This document shows, piece after piece, positions 1-8,924 of a DNA stretch of 64,000 bases. The DNA lies in contig JACOMY010000015.1 in NCBI GenBank assembly GCA_014324045.1, positions 2,336 to 66,335 of the forward strand, in the 5' to 3' direction. The notes under the pieces are model-generated. The model was not told the origin of the DNA and ran no database searches. It was given only the letters and a program-made list of their open reading frames with translations. The stretch's first letter is position 1, and each line of letters starts with the position of its first letter. The position numbers were made by a program, and so were the translations under genes. Source of the DNA: Rhodospirillales bacterium (lineage in GTDB: Bacteria; Pseudomonadota; Alphaproteobacteria; Kiloniellales; JACOMY01).

Positions 1-335
1 AGCCTCTGGCTGGAAACCCGCCGCAGGGCACCCGGAAAGATCGCTGGGCAACAAGAATAAATAGCGGCCGGGAATAAACGGCCGAGACGCAGAGCGGGCG
101 CTTTCGCGGCGCGGCCGGAAGGGCTATCGAGCGACCGGCGGCAGCCAAGGGAAGGCCAAAAGGGGATGATCGGCGGGGGGAGCGCCCGCGTCATAGCCCG
201 GCAAAAGATAGCTTGGCATAAAGTCCGTTTGGCAAAAGTATGGGCCGCTCCGGAACGGCGGTCCTCGCTTCGGAGTATCGAGTCCGGGATTGTATCCTAT
301 TTAGGAATCTGGCGTTTTAGGAGTCTGGCTTTCCC

Positions 336-1025
336 ATGCGCAACGGCACCGCACCGGCACGGCCGGCCCTCTCTCCCCTGCTCAAGCTTGTGCTGGAAGT
401 AGGACCGCTCGTCGTGTTCTTCGTCATGAACGCGCGCAGCGGCATCTTCGAGGCCACCGCCGCCTTCATGGTGGCGGTCGCCCTTGCCCTGGCGGCGACG
501 TACATCCTGGCCCGGCAAGTCCCGATTCTGCCGCTGGTCTCGGGCGTCTTCGTCTTGGCCTTCGGGGCGCTAACGCTCTCCCTGAACGACGAGCTCTTCA
601 TCAAGCTGAAGCCGACCGTCGTCAACCTCCTTTTCGGCGCCATCCTCTTCGCCGGACTGGCCTTTGGGCGGCCGCTGCTGCAGCCGCTGCTGGGCTCCAT
701 GCTGCGCTTGACCGGACAGGGCTGGCGGCGGCTGACGGCGATGTGGGCCGGCTTCTTCCTGGTCCTCGCGGTCCTTAACGAGATCGTTTGGCGCAGCTTC
801 CCGACCGACTTCTGGGTCAGCTTCAAGCTGTTCGGGATCATGCCGCTGACCTTGGTCTTCTCCGCCCTTGCCATCTACCTGGTCCGCAAGGAGACAATCC
901 CGGAAGGCGGGGAGCGCCCAGAAGAAAAACACGTGGAAGAAAAGCACGTGGAGGAAAGGCGCGTGAGGGGAAAGCGCCCGGAGGAAAAGCAAAATCCCCC
1001 CGCCGATCGAGGCCCGAAGCCATGA
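336..1025 (+). CDS. yciB: Intracellular septation protein A (YciB/IspZ family) with atypical charged C-terminal tail
   Basis: ORF track 229 aa. Multi-TM pattern (LLKLVLEVGPLVVFFVMN, FGAILFAGLAFGRPLL, WAGFFLVLAVLNEIVW) is typical of YciB. The last ~45 aa are an EEK/HV-rich low-complexity tail encoded by 15-nt tandem repeats. Confidence 0.8.
   Translation: MRNGTAPARPALSPLLKLVLEVGPLVVFFVMNARSGIFEATAAFMVAVALALAATYILARQVPILPLVSGVFVLAFGALTLSLNDELFIKLKPTVVNLLFGAILFAGLAFGRPLLQPLLGSMLRLTGQGWRRLTAMWAGFFLVLAVLNEIVWRSFPTDFWVSFKLFGIMPLTLVFSALAIYLVRKETIPEGGERPEEKHVEEKHVEERRVRGKRPEEKQNPPADRGPKP
921..990 (+). repeat. 15-nt tandem repeat (gaagaaaaacacgtg-like, ~4.5 units) inside the yciB tail
   Basis: Units read at 921-935, 936-950, 951-965 and 966-980, with a partial unit at 981-990. 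They encode EEKHV/EEKHV/EERRV/RGKRP. Confidence 0.7.
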
Positions 1026-1213
1026 CAGAGCCACAGTTCAAAGGAAAAGAGTTCGTCTACAACCGCCATCTGGCGGTGCCCTTCCGCCCGCTGCTGCCCG
1101 GTGAGCGCAAGGCGACCGGCCCGGTTGCGCGCGACGGCAACCCGATTGTCCAGATTGTCTATTTGTCCAGAGGGGACAATCTGCACGCGCTCAAGGCATT
1201 GTTGCCCCGATAG
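1023..1213 (+). pseudogene. Truncated duplicate of the 5' end of the Type III methyltransferase gene (mod stub, 63 codons)
   Basis: MTEPQFKGKEFVYNRHLAVPFRPLLP...GDNLHALKALLPR* parallels the N-terminus of the 4020..5879 product. It ends at TAG 1211-1213, before the DPPY motif, and carries an 18-nt internal duplication at ~1152-1170. Confidence 0.7.
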
Positions 1214-1287
1214 GCAGGTCCCCCGATAGGCCGACAAGGTGGCATGATGCCAGGCAGCGATGCGTCACGCGAAAGGCGGCAAGCGCA

Positions 1288-2667
1288 ATGACGAAGAGCG
1301 ACCTCCCCTTCGGTAGCGAGTTTTCTCCCTCGCAGATCGAGCTTCCCGGGATGCTGCAGCTGCTGGAAGATCGGGCCGGCGATCTGGCGGCCATCGAGGC
1401 GGCGATCCGCCAGACCTACTTCGCGTCACACGGCGGGAGCGACCCTTCGAGAGCGGTAAAGAATCAGAAGACCCTGGCCATGAACAGCCGCCTCGGTCTG
1501 CAAGCCTACGGCATCCTCGACGAAACCGGAAACCTCACCCCCTTCGGCAAAGAGCTTCTGGCAAAAAAGGACGACGAAGCCGATCTCTACAACCTCCTGG
1601 CCAAGCATATATTGCTCGATCTGCACGGTATGACGCTCGTCCGTTGCATCCAGGACATGGTGGCCGCAGGTGAGCAGGTGAACCTGACCACCCTTCGCCA
1701 GGCTCTGGCAGCACGGGGCCTGCACTACCCCCCGGGCGGCAAGCATCCAAGCATGATGCGTCTCTGGCTGGCAAAAGCAGGCGTTTTTTCGGGCAGGCGC
1801 TGGCGGGTCGATCCCCATCGCGTGCAAGCGGTCCTCGGGATCGGCCCGGACGAGTTTGAAGTTCTGGCAGATTTCACGGCCGAGCAGCGAGCGTTTCTTC
1901 GCGCGCTTGCCAACACGGGCGAGACCGCCCCGCAGCCTGCCAACGAGATTGTCCGGCTGGCCACGGCAACTTATGGGGTGCGGTTTCCTGAGAAGAGCCT
2001 TCCGAAGCTGGTACTGCAAGCTCTTGAAGAGGCTGGCTACATCACAGCGGCCAAGACCACGGCAGGACGGGGGGCCAAACCCTTTCTCGTGGCTCCTACA
2101 TCGAAGCTCATCGCGGATGTGATCGACCCCCTCTTGGAGCAGCTTAAAGGCCAGGCCGACCCGAAACTTCTGGCACTTCTGCGCCTGCCACTATCCCAGA
2201 TCCTCGAGGATCTGGACTCGGCAGATCGCTACAAAGCGGGGCTTGCCTTGGAAGCCCTGGCCTTCAAGATCATGCGCCTGCTCGACATGACTTATGTTGC
2301 AACCCGTCTGCGCGCCAATCAGACTGGGGGCGCGGAAGTCGATCTGGTCTTCGAGGCAGCGCGACTGGTGTTCTCACGCTGGCAGGTCCAGTGCAAGAAC
2401 ACCGCCCGTGTTTCCCTGGACGATGTAGCCAAGGAAGTTGGGCTTACGCATTTCATGAAATCGAACGTCATTGTCATGGTCACAACAGGCGAGATCGGCG
2501 GGGAGGCCCGCCGTTATGCCAACGGAATCATGGCCCAATCCAATCTTGCAATCGTCATGCTCGACGGCAAGGATCTAAGCGCAATCGGCACCAGCCCGCC
2601 GGCCATCCTACGCGCCTTCGAGAGAGAAGCGCGGCACGCCATGAGCCTGAAGAAGCTCGACCTCTAG
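1288..2667 (+). CDS. Restriction endonuclease, Mrr-like PD-(D/E)xK C-terminal domain with a long N-terminal helical/wHTH-like region
   Basis: C-terminal GGAEVDLVFEA...WQVQCKN fits the D-x(n)-(E/Q)-x-K nuclease core of the Mrr_cat type. The gene lies 12 nt upstream of a DNA methyltransferase gene. Confidence 0.65.
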   Translation: MTKSDLPFGSEFSPSQIELPGMLQLLEDRAGDLAAIEAAIRQTYFASHGGSDPSRAVKNQKTLAMNSRLGLQAYGILDETGNLTPFGKELLAKKDDEADLYNLLAKHILLDLHGMTLVRCIQDMVAAGEQVNLTTLRQALAARGLHYPPGGKHPSMMRLWLAKAGVFSGRRWRVDPHRVQAVLGIGPDEFEVLADFTAEQRAFLRALANTGETAPQPANEIVRLATATYGVRFPEKSLPKLVLQALEEAGYITAAKTTAGRGAKPFLVAPTSKLIADVIDPLLEQLKGQADPKLLALLRLPLSQILEDLDSADRYKAGLALEALAFKIMRLLDMTYVATRLRANQTGGAEVDLVFEAARLVFSRWQVQCKNTARVSLDDVAKEVGLTHFMKSNVIVMVTTGEIGGEARRYANGIMAQSNLAIVMLDGKDLSAIGTSPPAILRAFEREARHAMSLKKLDL

Positions 2668-2679
2668 GAGCCTGGGCCA

Positions 2680-3798
2680 GTGGAAAAAAACAACGAAGCA
2701 AAGAACGACAAACAGCCAAAAATCTATCGCCGCACGCGGCTTGGCCGGATCGTGCACGGCGATGCACTCGAGGTGATGGCAAAGATGGACGGCGCTTCCG
2801 TCAACCTCATCGTGACCAGCCCGCCCTTCGCGCTTACCCGCAAGAAGGATTACGGCAACGAGCAAGAGGAGGCCTATCTCGAATGGTTCAAGCCCTTCGC
2901 CAAGCAGTTCCATCGTATCCTGAAGGACGACGGGAGCCTGGCGATCGACCTTGGCGGCGCCTGGAAACCCGGACTCCCGGTGCGCAGTCTTTATCACTTC
3001 AAGCTTCTCATCGTACTCTGCGAAGAGTTCGGGTTTCACCTGGCGCAGGAGTTCTATTGGTGGAATCCCTCGAAACTGCCCAGCCCGGCAGAGTGGGTGA
3101 ACATCCGGCGCATCCGGGTGAAAGATGCGATCGACACCGTCTGGTGGCTTGCCAAGTCACCCTGGCCGCGGGCGAACAACCGGCGTGTTCTTCAGCCCTA
3201 CAGCGATAGCATGAAGCATCTTCTGGCAAAGGGGTACAAAGCGATGCTGCGCCCCTCGGGCCACGATATCAGCGAGAAATTCGCCATCGACAATGGGGCA
3301 TCCATCCCGCCCAATCTCATTGCGATCCCGAACACCGAGAGCAACAGCGCCTATCTGCGCTACTGCAAGGCCGGGGGCATCAAGGCACACCCAGCGCGGT
3401 TTCCGGCAGCTTTGCCCGAATACTTCATTCGCATGACGACCGATCCCGGCGACCTGGTGTTCGATCCCTTCGGCGGGAGCTGCGTCACCGGAGAGGTTGC
3501 CGAGCGTCTCGGGCGCAGATGGCTCTGTGCGGAGCTGATCGAGGACTACCTGAGAGGTGCGGTCGGACGCTTCGAGGCGCCGGCGGTGCCGGCAACAGCG
3601 GCCAGGCCCAAGACCAGGTCCAAGAAGGGAGAGGATGACGGCTACTATCGTATCCCGCATCCCGGTCTTCTGTGGAACGGCGGCGATGCGACAGCCTTCG
3701 CCCCCCTCCCGGAAGATGGCGGCTCGAAGCGACCCGCCAAGCACCGCGACAAAGACCGGCCTTCCCGGGATTCTGTTGTAGCCAAGGCTGCAGAATAG
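2680..3798 (+). CDS. Beta-class N4/N6 DNA methyltransferase (N6_N4_Mtase family)
   Basis: Motif IV is IVTSPPF. Motif I is FDPFGGSCVTGEVAERLGRRW, located C-terminal to it (beta-class order). ORF track 372 aa. Confidence 0.85.
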   Translation: MEKNNEAKNDKQPKIYRRTRLGRIVHGDALEVMAKMDGASVNLIVTSPPFALTRKKDYGNEQEEAYLEWFKPFAKQFHRILKDDGSLAIDLGGAWKPGLPVRSLYHFKLLIVLCEEFGFHLAQEFYWWNPSKLPSPAEWVNIRRIRVKDAIDTVWWLAKSPWPRANNRRVLQPYSDSMKHLLAKGYKAMLRPSGHDISEKFAIDNGASIPPNLIAIPNTESNSAYLRYCKAGGIKAHPARFPAALPEYFIRMTTDPGDLVFDPFGGSCVTGEVAERLGRRWLCAELIEDYLRGAVGRFEAPAVPATAARPKTRSKKGEDDGYYRIPHPGLLWNGGDATAFAPLPEDGGSKRPAKHRDKDRPSRDSVVAKAAE

Positions 3799-3826
3799 GC
3801 AGAATAGAGTGACCTTTTTTCGTTGT

Positions 3827-4205
3827 TCCGGGCCGGTTTCAAGCCGTTCCGGATCCTGCCGCCGGCCCCGGTCTGCTCCGCCCTTGCCCTCTACCCGGCC
3901 GGCAAGCAGACGATCCCGGAAGGCGGGAAGCGCCCGGCGGAAAAGCGCATGAGGGAAAGCCCGGAGGAAAGGCCCCCGGAGGAAAAGAAAAATCCCCCCG
4001 CCGATCGAGGCCCGAAGCCATGACAGAGCTACAGTTCAAGGGAAAAGAGTTCGTCTACAACCACCATCTGGCGGTGCCGTTCCGCCCGCTGCTGCCCGAC
4101 GAGCGCAAGGGGATCGGCCCGGTTGCGCTCGACGGCAACCTGATCGTCCAGGGGGATAATCTGCACGCGCTCAAGGCATTGCTGCCCCGCTACGCGGGCA
4201 AGGTG
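3827..4205 (+). repeat. Direct repeat copy B (yciB-tail fragment + 5' end of intact mod)
   Basis: Aligns with 811-1220. It contains the same ATGA stop/start junction at 4020-4023. Confidence 0.8.
3837..4023 (+). pseudogene. Orphan 3' fragment of a yciB-like gene
   Basis: FKPFRILPPAPVCSALALYPAGKQTIPEGGKRPAEK...NPPADRGPKP parallels YciB residues FKLFGIMPLTLVFSALAIYLVRKETIPEGGERPEEK...NPPADRGPKP. No N-terminal part is present. Confidence 0.6.
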
Positions 4206-5879
4206 GACTGTGTTTTCATCGATCCGCCCTACAACACCGGTAACGAAGGCTGGTGCTACAACGACAAGGTCAATGCGCCGATGATCCGCGAATGGCTCGA
4301 AGCCAATCCCATCGGGATCGACGACGGCCTGCGGCACGACAAGTGGTGCGCGATGATGTGGCCGCGGCTCCGGCTATTGCATGATTTGCTGAGCGAAGAC
4401 GGAGTTATCTTCGTAACAATAGATGACTATGAGGTGCACCGTCTGAGATCTCTGCTCGATGAGGTTTTCGGCGGCCAAAACCATGTGGCAACGGTTGTGG
4501 ATCGGCTAAACCCCAAAGGCCGGCACTTGGGAGAGTTTTTCGCAAAGACACACGAATACATCTTAGTTTACGCGAAGAATATCAGCTGGCTTCGACTTAA
4601 TGGCTTAGAAAAGTCAGAGGCGATGGTTTCGGAGTATAACAGAGAGGATGAGGTAGGGCCTTACCGGCCCATAGAGCTTAGAAACAGAAATTCAGCTTTT
4701 AACCCACAAACTAGGCCAAACCTATATTATCCGATCTATGTGAATTCCGAGGACGGCTCGGTCAGTCTCGCAGGGGACGCCGTTTATACCGAGGAAGCCT
4801 TGCCGCTCGATGGCAAGGGCCAACCGACATGCTGGACATGGGGTAAGGAGAAATTCAGGACGCAAAATAAGCTGCTGTTTGCCGAACAAACAAGGGCAGG
4901 CACATGGCGAGTATTCAGAAAAGACTATCTTCACGATGAAGACGGTTCGTCGAACACAACTAAGCCGAAATCTATCTGGTTGGACGATGATTTGAACATG
5001 GATGCGTCACGCTTGACCGTCCGGCAGGTTTTAGGCGAGAATGCTTTCGATTTTCCGAAACCTGTGCCCCTTGTCCAGAGGTGCATAGAGCTTGTTGGCA
5101 ATGAAAATGCTATAATCCTTGATTCTTTCGCCGGTTCGGGCACCACCGCGCACGCCGTCCTGGCAGCCAACAAGCGCGACGGCGGCAACCGGCGCTTTAT
5201 CCTGGTCGAAATGGAGGACTATGCCGACCGGCTGACGGCCGAGCGGGTGCGCCGGGCGATAAAGGGTTACGCCTTCTCGGGCAGGCAGCGCAGGGAGCTG
5301 TTGCGGGAAAAGATCACCTGGTCGGCGCTGCAAAAGGCCGGCAAGCTCATCGAAAGCGTCGAAAAGCTCGAAAACCTGCAGGCCCGCGAATACGACGCCA
5401 TCAAGAAAACCGTCAAGGACGGCGCGTTGATCGTCACCGGCGAAAAGGCCGTCGAGGAACGGGCGGAGGGCCTGGGCGGGCGCTTCACCTATTGCAGGCT
5501 CGGCGACCCGTTGGCGCTGGACAGGGTGCTGCAGGGAACAGGCTTGCCGTCCTATGGCGAGCTCGCTGCTGTGCTCTTCAACATGGCGACCAACGAGGCG
5601 CTCGATCCGGCCAGGGTGCGCGAAGCCGACTTCTATCTCGGCAAGACGGAAGGCCGGCAGGTTTGGTTGCTCTACAAGCCGGATCTGGATTGGCTCAAGT
5701 CGCATGACGCGGCGCTGACGCTGAAGAAGGCCGGGGAGATCGCCGCGGCCGATCCCGGCAGGCGCCATCTGGTGTTCGCGCCTGCCCGCCATGTAAGCCA
5801 GAGGATGCTGGCCGCGAAAAACCTTCCCGTCGAGTTCGTGCCCCTGCCCTTCGCGCTCTACCGCATCGACCGGAGTTGA
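4020..5879 (+). CDS. mod: Type III restriction-modification system methyltransferase (Mod)
   Basis: Motif IV is VFIDPPYNTGNEGW and motif I is ILDSFAGSGTTAHAV, with a variable central region between them. The gene is followed by an overlapping res gene. Confidence 0.9.
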   Translation: MTELQFKGKEFVYNHHLAVPFRPLLPDERKGIGPVALDGNLIVQGDNLHALKALLPRYAGKVDCVFIDPPYNTGNEGWCYNDKVNAPMIREWLEANPIGIDDGLRHDKWCAMMWPRLRLLHDLLSEDGVIFVTIDDYEVHRLRSLLDEVFGGQNHVATVVDRLNPKGRHLGEFFAKTHEYILVYAKNISWLRLNGLEKSEAMVSEYNREDEVGPYRPIELRNRNSAFNPQTRPNLYYPIYVNSEDGSVSLAGDAVYTEEALPLDGKGQPTCWTWGKEKFRTQNKLLFAEQTRAGTWRVFRKDYLHDEDGSSNTTKPKSIWLDDDLNMDASRLTVRQVLGENAFDFPKPVPLVQRCIELVGNENAIILDSFAGSGTTAHAVLAANKRDGGNRRFILVEMEDYADRLTAERVRRAIKGYAFSGRQRRELLREKITWSALQKAGKLIESVEKLENLQAREYDAIKKTVKDGALIVTGEKAVEERAEGLGGRFTYCRLGDPLALDRVLQGTGLPSYGELAAVLFNMATNEALDPARVREADFYLGKTEGRQVWLLYKPDLDWLKSHDAALTLKKAGEIAAADPGRRHLVFAPARHVSQRMLAAKNLPVEFVPLPFALYRIDRS

Positions 5880-8527
5880 CGCCGATGTTTCGCCAGCTCG
5901 ACTATCAGGACCGGGTGCTGACCGCAATCGACCGCTATCTCGACCGGCTGAAGACCGAAAAGCAGGCGGCCGAGGAGGTGGCGGAGCTTGCCGCGGGCAA
6001 GCCGCATCTGAAACTGCCGGTCCCCGACTTCGCACAAGCAACCTGGGCGGCCTTGCAGGCGGCAGGCCAGCTTCCCGCGTCGCGCGCCGCCATCGACTAT
6101 TCCGAACGCCGGGACGGCTGCGGCTATCCGGTCCCCAATATCGTGCTGAAGGTGCCGACCGGCGGCGGCAAGACCTGGCTCGCCGTCTCCGGGATCTCGC
6201 GGATCATGGGGCGCTATCTTGAGCGGAACAGCGGCTTCGTGCTGTGGATCGTGCCGAACGAGGCGATCTATAGCCAGACACTGAAGCAGCTGAAGGACCG
6301 CCAGCACCCTTACCGCCAGGCCCTCGACCGCACCGCCGCCGGGCGCGTGCGGATCATGCAAAAGAGCGACCGGCTCGACGCCCGCGATGTGGAGACCAAC
6401 CTTTGCGTCATGCTGCTGATGCTGCAATCGGCGAACCGGCAAACCCGGGAGACCCTGAAGATGTTCCGGGACCGGGGGGACGTGCAGGGGTTTTTCCCGG
6501 CCGAGGGCGAACAGCAGGCGCACAAGGCAGCGCTCGGCCAGACGCCGAACCTGGAGGCTTACGACGGCATCTTCCCGATGGTGAAGGACTCGCTCGGCAA
6601 CGCCTTGCGGATTATCCGGCCCGTGGTTGTGCTGGACGAAGGGCACCGGGCTATTTCCGATCTGGCCTTCCAGACGCTCTACGGCTTCAACCCCTGCTTT
6701 GTGCTCGAACTGACGGCCACGCCGCAGGACCTGCAAGCGCGCGGCGGCAGCAACCCGCGCAAAGACCGCTCCGCCAATCTGCTGGTAGAGGTGACCGGCC
6801 GCGAACTGGATCGCGAAGGCATGATCAAAATGCCGCTCAACCTCGATCCCAGACAGGGCAGCGACTGGAAGGCCACGCTCGACGCGGCGCTGGAGACCCT
6901 GCGGGCGCTGGAGGCATCGGCCGCGGCGCTGCGGGCCGACAGCGGCCGCTATATCCGCCCGATCATGCTGGTGCAGGTAGAGCGCACCGGCGCCGGGCAG
7001 CGCGACAGCAACCGCATTCACGCCGAAGATGTGAAGGACCGGCTGCTGACCGCCGGTTTCGGCGCCGCCGAGATCGCCATCAAGACGGCCGAACGGAACG
7101 ACCTTGCCCAGCCCGAAAACCAGGACCTGCTGTCGCCCGCCAACCGCGTGCGGGTCATCGTCACCAAGCAGGCGCTGCAGGAAGGCTGGGACTGCCCCTT
7201 CGCCTATGTGCTCTGCGCTCTGGCCGCGAGCAGCGACGCGAAGGCCATGACGCAGCTGGTGGGGCGCATTCTGCGCCAGCCGGGGGCGATGAAAACCGGC
7301 ATCGAGGCTCTGGACGAATGCCATGTTGTCACCCACCGCGCCGATACCGCCAGCGCGGTCGAGGCAATCAAACAGGGCCTGGAACAAGACGGGCTCGGGG
7401 ATTTGGTCTTGCGCCTGCGGCAGGAGGATAGCCAGGGCGCGGCCGGGGCGGCCCGGAAGATCGAGCGCCGCCCGGCATTCGCTTCGGCAAACATCCACCT
7501 GCCGCAAGTCATGCTTGCCGAAGACGGCGAGGTCCGCGAGCTGGACTATGAAACCGACATTCTCTCCGCCATCGACTGGCGCGGCTTCGATCCCGCCGGG
7601 ATCGCAAAGGGCATCCCGGACAACGCGCAAGCCGCCGATAGCCGGCGGCAGCGGATCGGACTGGCCCAGGAAGGAGCAGACAGGGGAGCAGATGCGGGAG
7701 CGGACGAGGAAGCGGCAGCCTTCGTAGCGGAAAGCCTCGACCGGAATGCGGAGGTCTTGCGCTTCGATCCGGTGCAGGCCGTCCTCATGCTGTCCGACCT
7801 TGTGCCCAACCCCTTTGTGGCGCGTGAGATTGTCGGGGCGCTGTTGCAGGCCCTGCGCGCCCGCGGTTTCGGCGAAGACAAGCTCGGCCGCTGTGCCGGC
7901 CTGATCCTGTCCGAACTGCGCCGGGGGCTGGACCGGGCGCAGACCGAACGCGCCGAGGCCCTGTTCAAGGCCGGGGTGGCCGCAGGCCGGATCCAGTTTC
8001 GTTTGCGCCTGGACGGGCGCAACTGGCGCATGCCGGACAGGATGGAAACGGCCGAAGCGGAGGGCGCGCGCCAGCTCTTGAGCAAGACCGGCGGGCCGCT
8101 GGCAAAAAGCCTCTTCGCCCCGGTCTACGAAGCCGGGTTGAACCGGGACGAACGGGAGGTAGCCCTATACCTCGACGCCGAACCAGCCCTGATCTGGTGG
8201 CATCGCAACCTAGCCCGCAGCCAATACGGCATTCAGGGTTGGAAGAAGGGCAAAATCTATCCCGACTTCATCTTCGCCCTGGAGCGCAAGGGGGGCGCCA
8301 AGCGCATCACCATTCTCGAAACCAAGGGGGACCAGCTCGACAATCTCGACAGCGCCTACAAGCGCAAGGTCCTGGACTTGCTTTCCGATCGTTTCGCCTG
8401 GGATAGTTGCATCCCGGCGGGCCAGTTCGAGCTTGTGCAGGACAATGGCGAGAGGGTGGAGGGCACCTTGATCCTGATGAGCGAATGGCGGACAAAACTG
8501 CCGAAGCATCTGCGTGCGGAAGCCTAA
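5876..8527 (+). CDS. res: Type III restriction enzyme, Res subunit (SF2 helicase + PD-(D/E)xK nuclease)
   Basis: Motifs seen: KVPTGGGKTW (Walker A), VVLDEGHRA (DExH), ELTATP, QEGWDCPF, VGRILR, and C-terminal YPDFIF...ILETKGD. A TTG at 5876 overlaps the mod stop; an alternative ATG lies at 5885. Confidence 0.9.
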   Translation: MTPMFRQLDYQDRVLTAIDRYLDRLKTEKQAAEEVAELAAGKPHLKLPVPDFAQATWAALQAAGQLPASRAAIDYSERRDGCGYPVPNIVLKVPTGGGKTWLAVSGISRIMGRYLERNSGFVLWIVPNEAIYSQTLKQLKDRQHPYRQALDRTAAGRVRIMQKSDRLDARDVETNLCVMLLMLQSANRQTRETLKMFRDRGDVQGFFPAEGEQQAHKAALGQTPNLEAYDGIFPMVKDSLGNALRIIRPVVVLDEGHRAISDLAFQTLYGFNPCFVLELTATPQDLQARGGSNPRKDRSANLLVEVTGRELDREGMIKMPLNLDPRQGSDWKATLDAALETLRALEASAAALRADSGRYIRPIMLVQVERTGAGQRDSNRIHAEDVKDRLLTAGFGAAEIAIKTAERNDLAQPENQDLLSPANRVRVIVTKQALQEGWDCPFAYVLCALAASSDAKAMTQLVGRILRQPGAMKTGIEALDECHVVTHRADTASAVEAIKQGLEQDGLGDLVLRLRQEDSQGAAGAARKIERRPAFASANIHLPQVMLAEDGEVRELDYETDILSAIDWRGFDPAGIAKGIPDNAQAADSRRQRIGLAQEGADRGADAGADEEAAAFVAESLDRNAEVLRFDPVQAVLMLSDLVPNPFVAREIVGALLQALRARGFGEDKLGRCAGLILSELRRGLDRAQTERAEALFKAGVAAGRIQFRLRLDGRNWRMPDRMETAEAEGARQLLSKTGGPLAKSLFAPVYEAGLNRDEREVALYLDAEPALIWWHRNLARSQYGIQGWKKGKIYPDFIFALERKGGAKRITILETKGDQLDNLDSAYKRKVLDLLSDRFAWDSCIPAGQFELVQDNGERVEGTLILMSEWRTKLPKHLRAEA

Positions 8528-8651
8528 ACGGGAAGACCGACTCTGCGGCCGGAGAGGGCGCCGCCTCCCGGGCCGAGCGGTCCGGTTCTGAGAAAGCCGT
8601 GGCCGCTGGAGCATAGCAGCGATAGAATGCAGGAGGAAGAAGGAGAAAGCT

Positions 8652-8924
8652 ATGAAACACTGTTTAATAGTAGCCGCCTGTCTCGGCGTGCTGGGTGGAT
8701 GTGATCGTACTCCGCTTAGAATAGCCGATCTGGGACCAAGCCAGGTCGTCGTGGAAGTTTCCGACCATTGGACGGCTCCTAAGGTGTCTCAAGCAGAAAT
8801 AGACCTTAAGGCAGAACAGGGATGTCAAGCTTATGGAAAAACGGCGCGTTTTTTAACAAAAAATGACCCCGACAGCTGGAGCATCCCATTCGGCCAACAT
8901 ATCTACGATTGCATAGATCCATGA
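8652..8924 (+). CDS. Small lipoprotein (hypothetical), paralog 1
   Basis: Signal peptide with lipobox: MKHCLIVAACLGVLGGC. SD aaggag lies upstream. GC is lower than in the neighbours. Confidence 0.6.
   Translation: MKHCLIVAACLGVLGGCDRTPLRIADLGPSQVVVEVSDHWTAPKVSQAEIDLKAEQGCQAYGKTARFLTKNDPDSWSIPFGQHIYDCIDP

Larger units (their letters stand above)
811..1220 (+). repeat. Direct repeat copy A (yciB 3' end + first ~63 codons of a Type III mod gene)
   Basis: Aligns by eye along its whole length with 3827-4205. It shares the stretch ccgccgatcgaggcccgaagccatgacagag...ctgcacgcgctcaaggcattg. Confidence 0.8.

Noticed and set aside
1-335. Possible gene end or small RNA in the first 335 nt (several short frames end at ~60-75; 78-aa ORF 166..402).
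   Set aside because: No frame gives a recognisable protein tail. I found no match to SRP, 6S or RNase P RNA core motifs. It is left unannotated.
5858-7630. 590-aa ORF on the minus strand inside res. There are similar long antisense or out-of-frame ORFs elsewhere: 18198..19238(-), 18989..20233(+), 21281..22507(+), 22504..23814(-), 25711..26865(-), 27866..29155(+), 30598..31746(+), 35859..37466(-), 49739..51073(+), 56125..58470(-), 62838..63920(-).
   Set aside because: These are typical shadow ORFs of high-GC DNA. Their translations are Arg/Ala/Gly/Pro-rich with no recognisable motifs. Each overlaps a gene on the other strand or frame that has clear family signatures.
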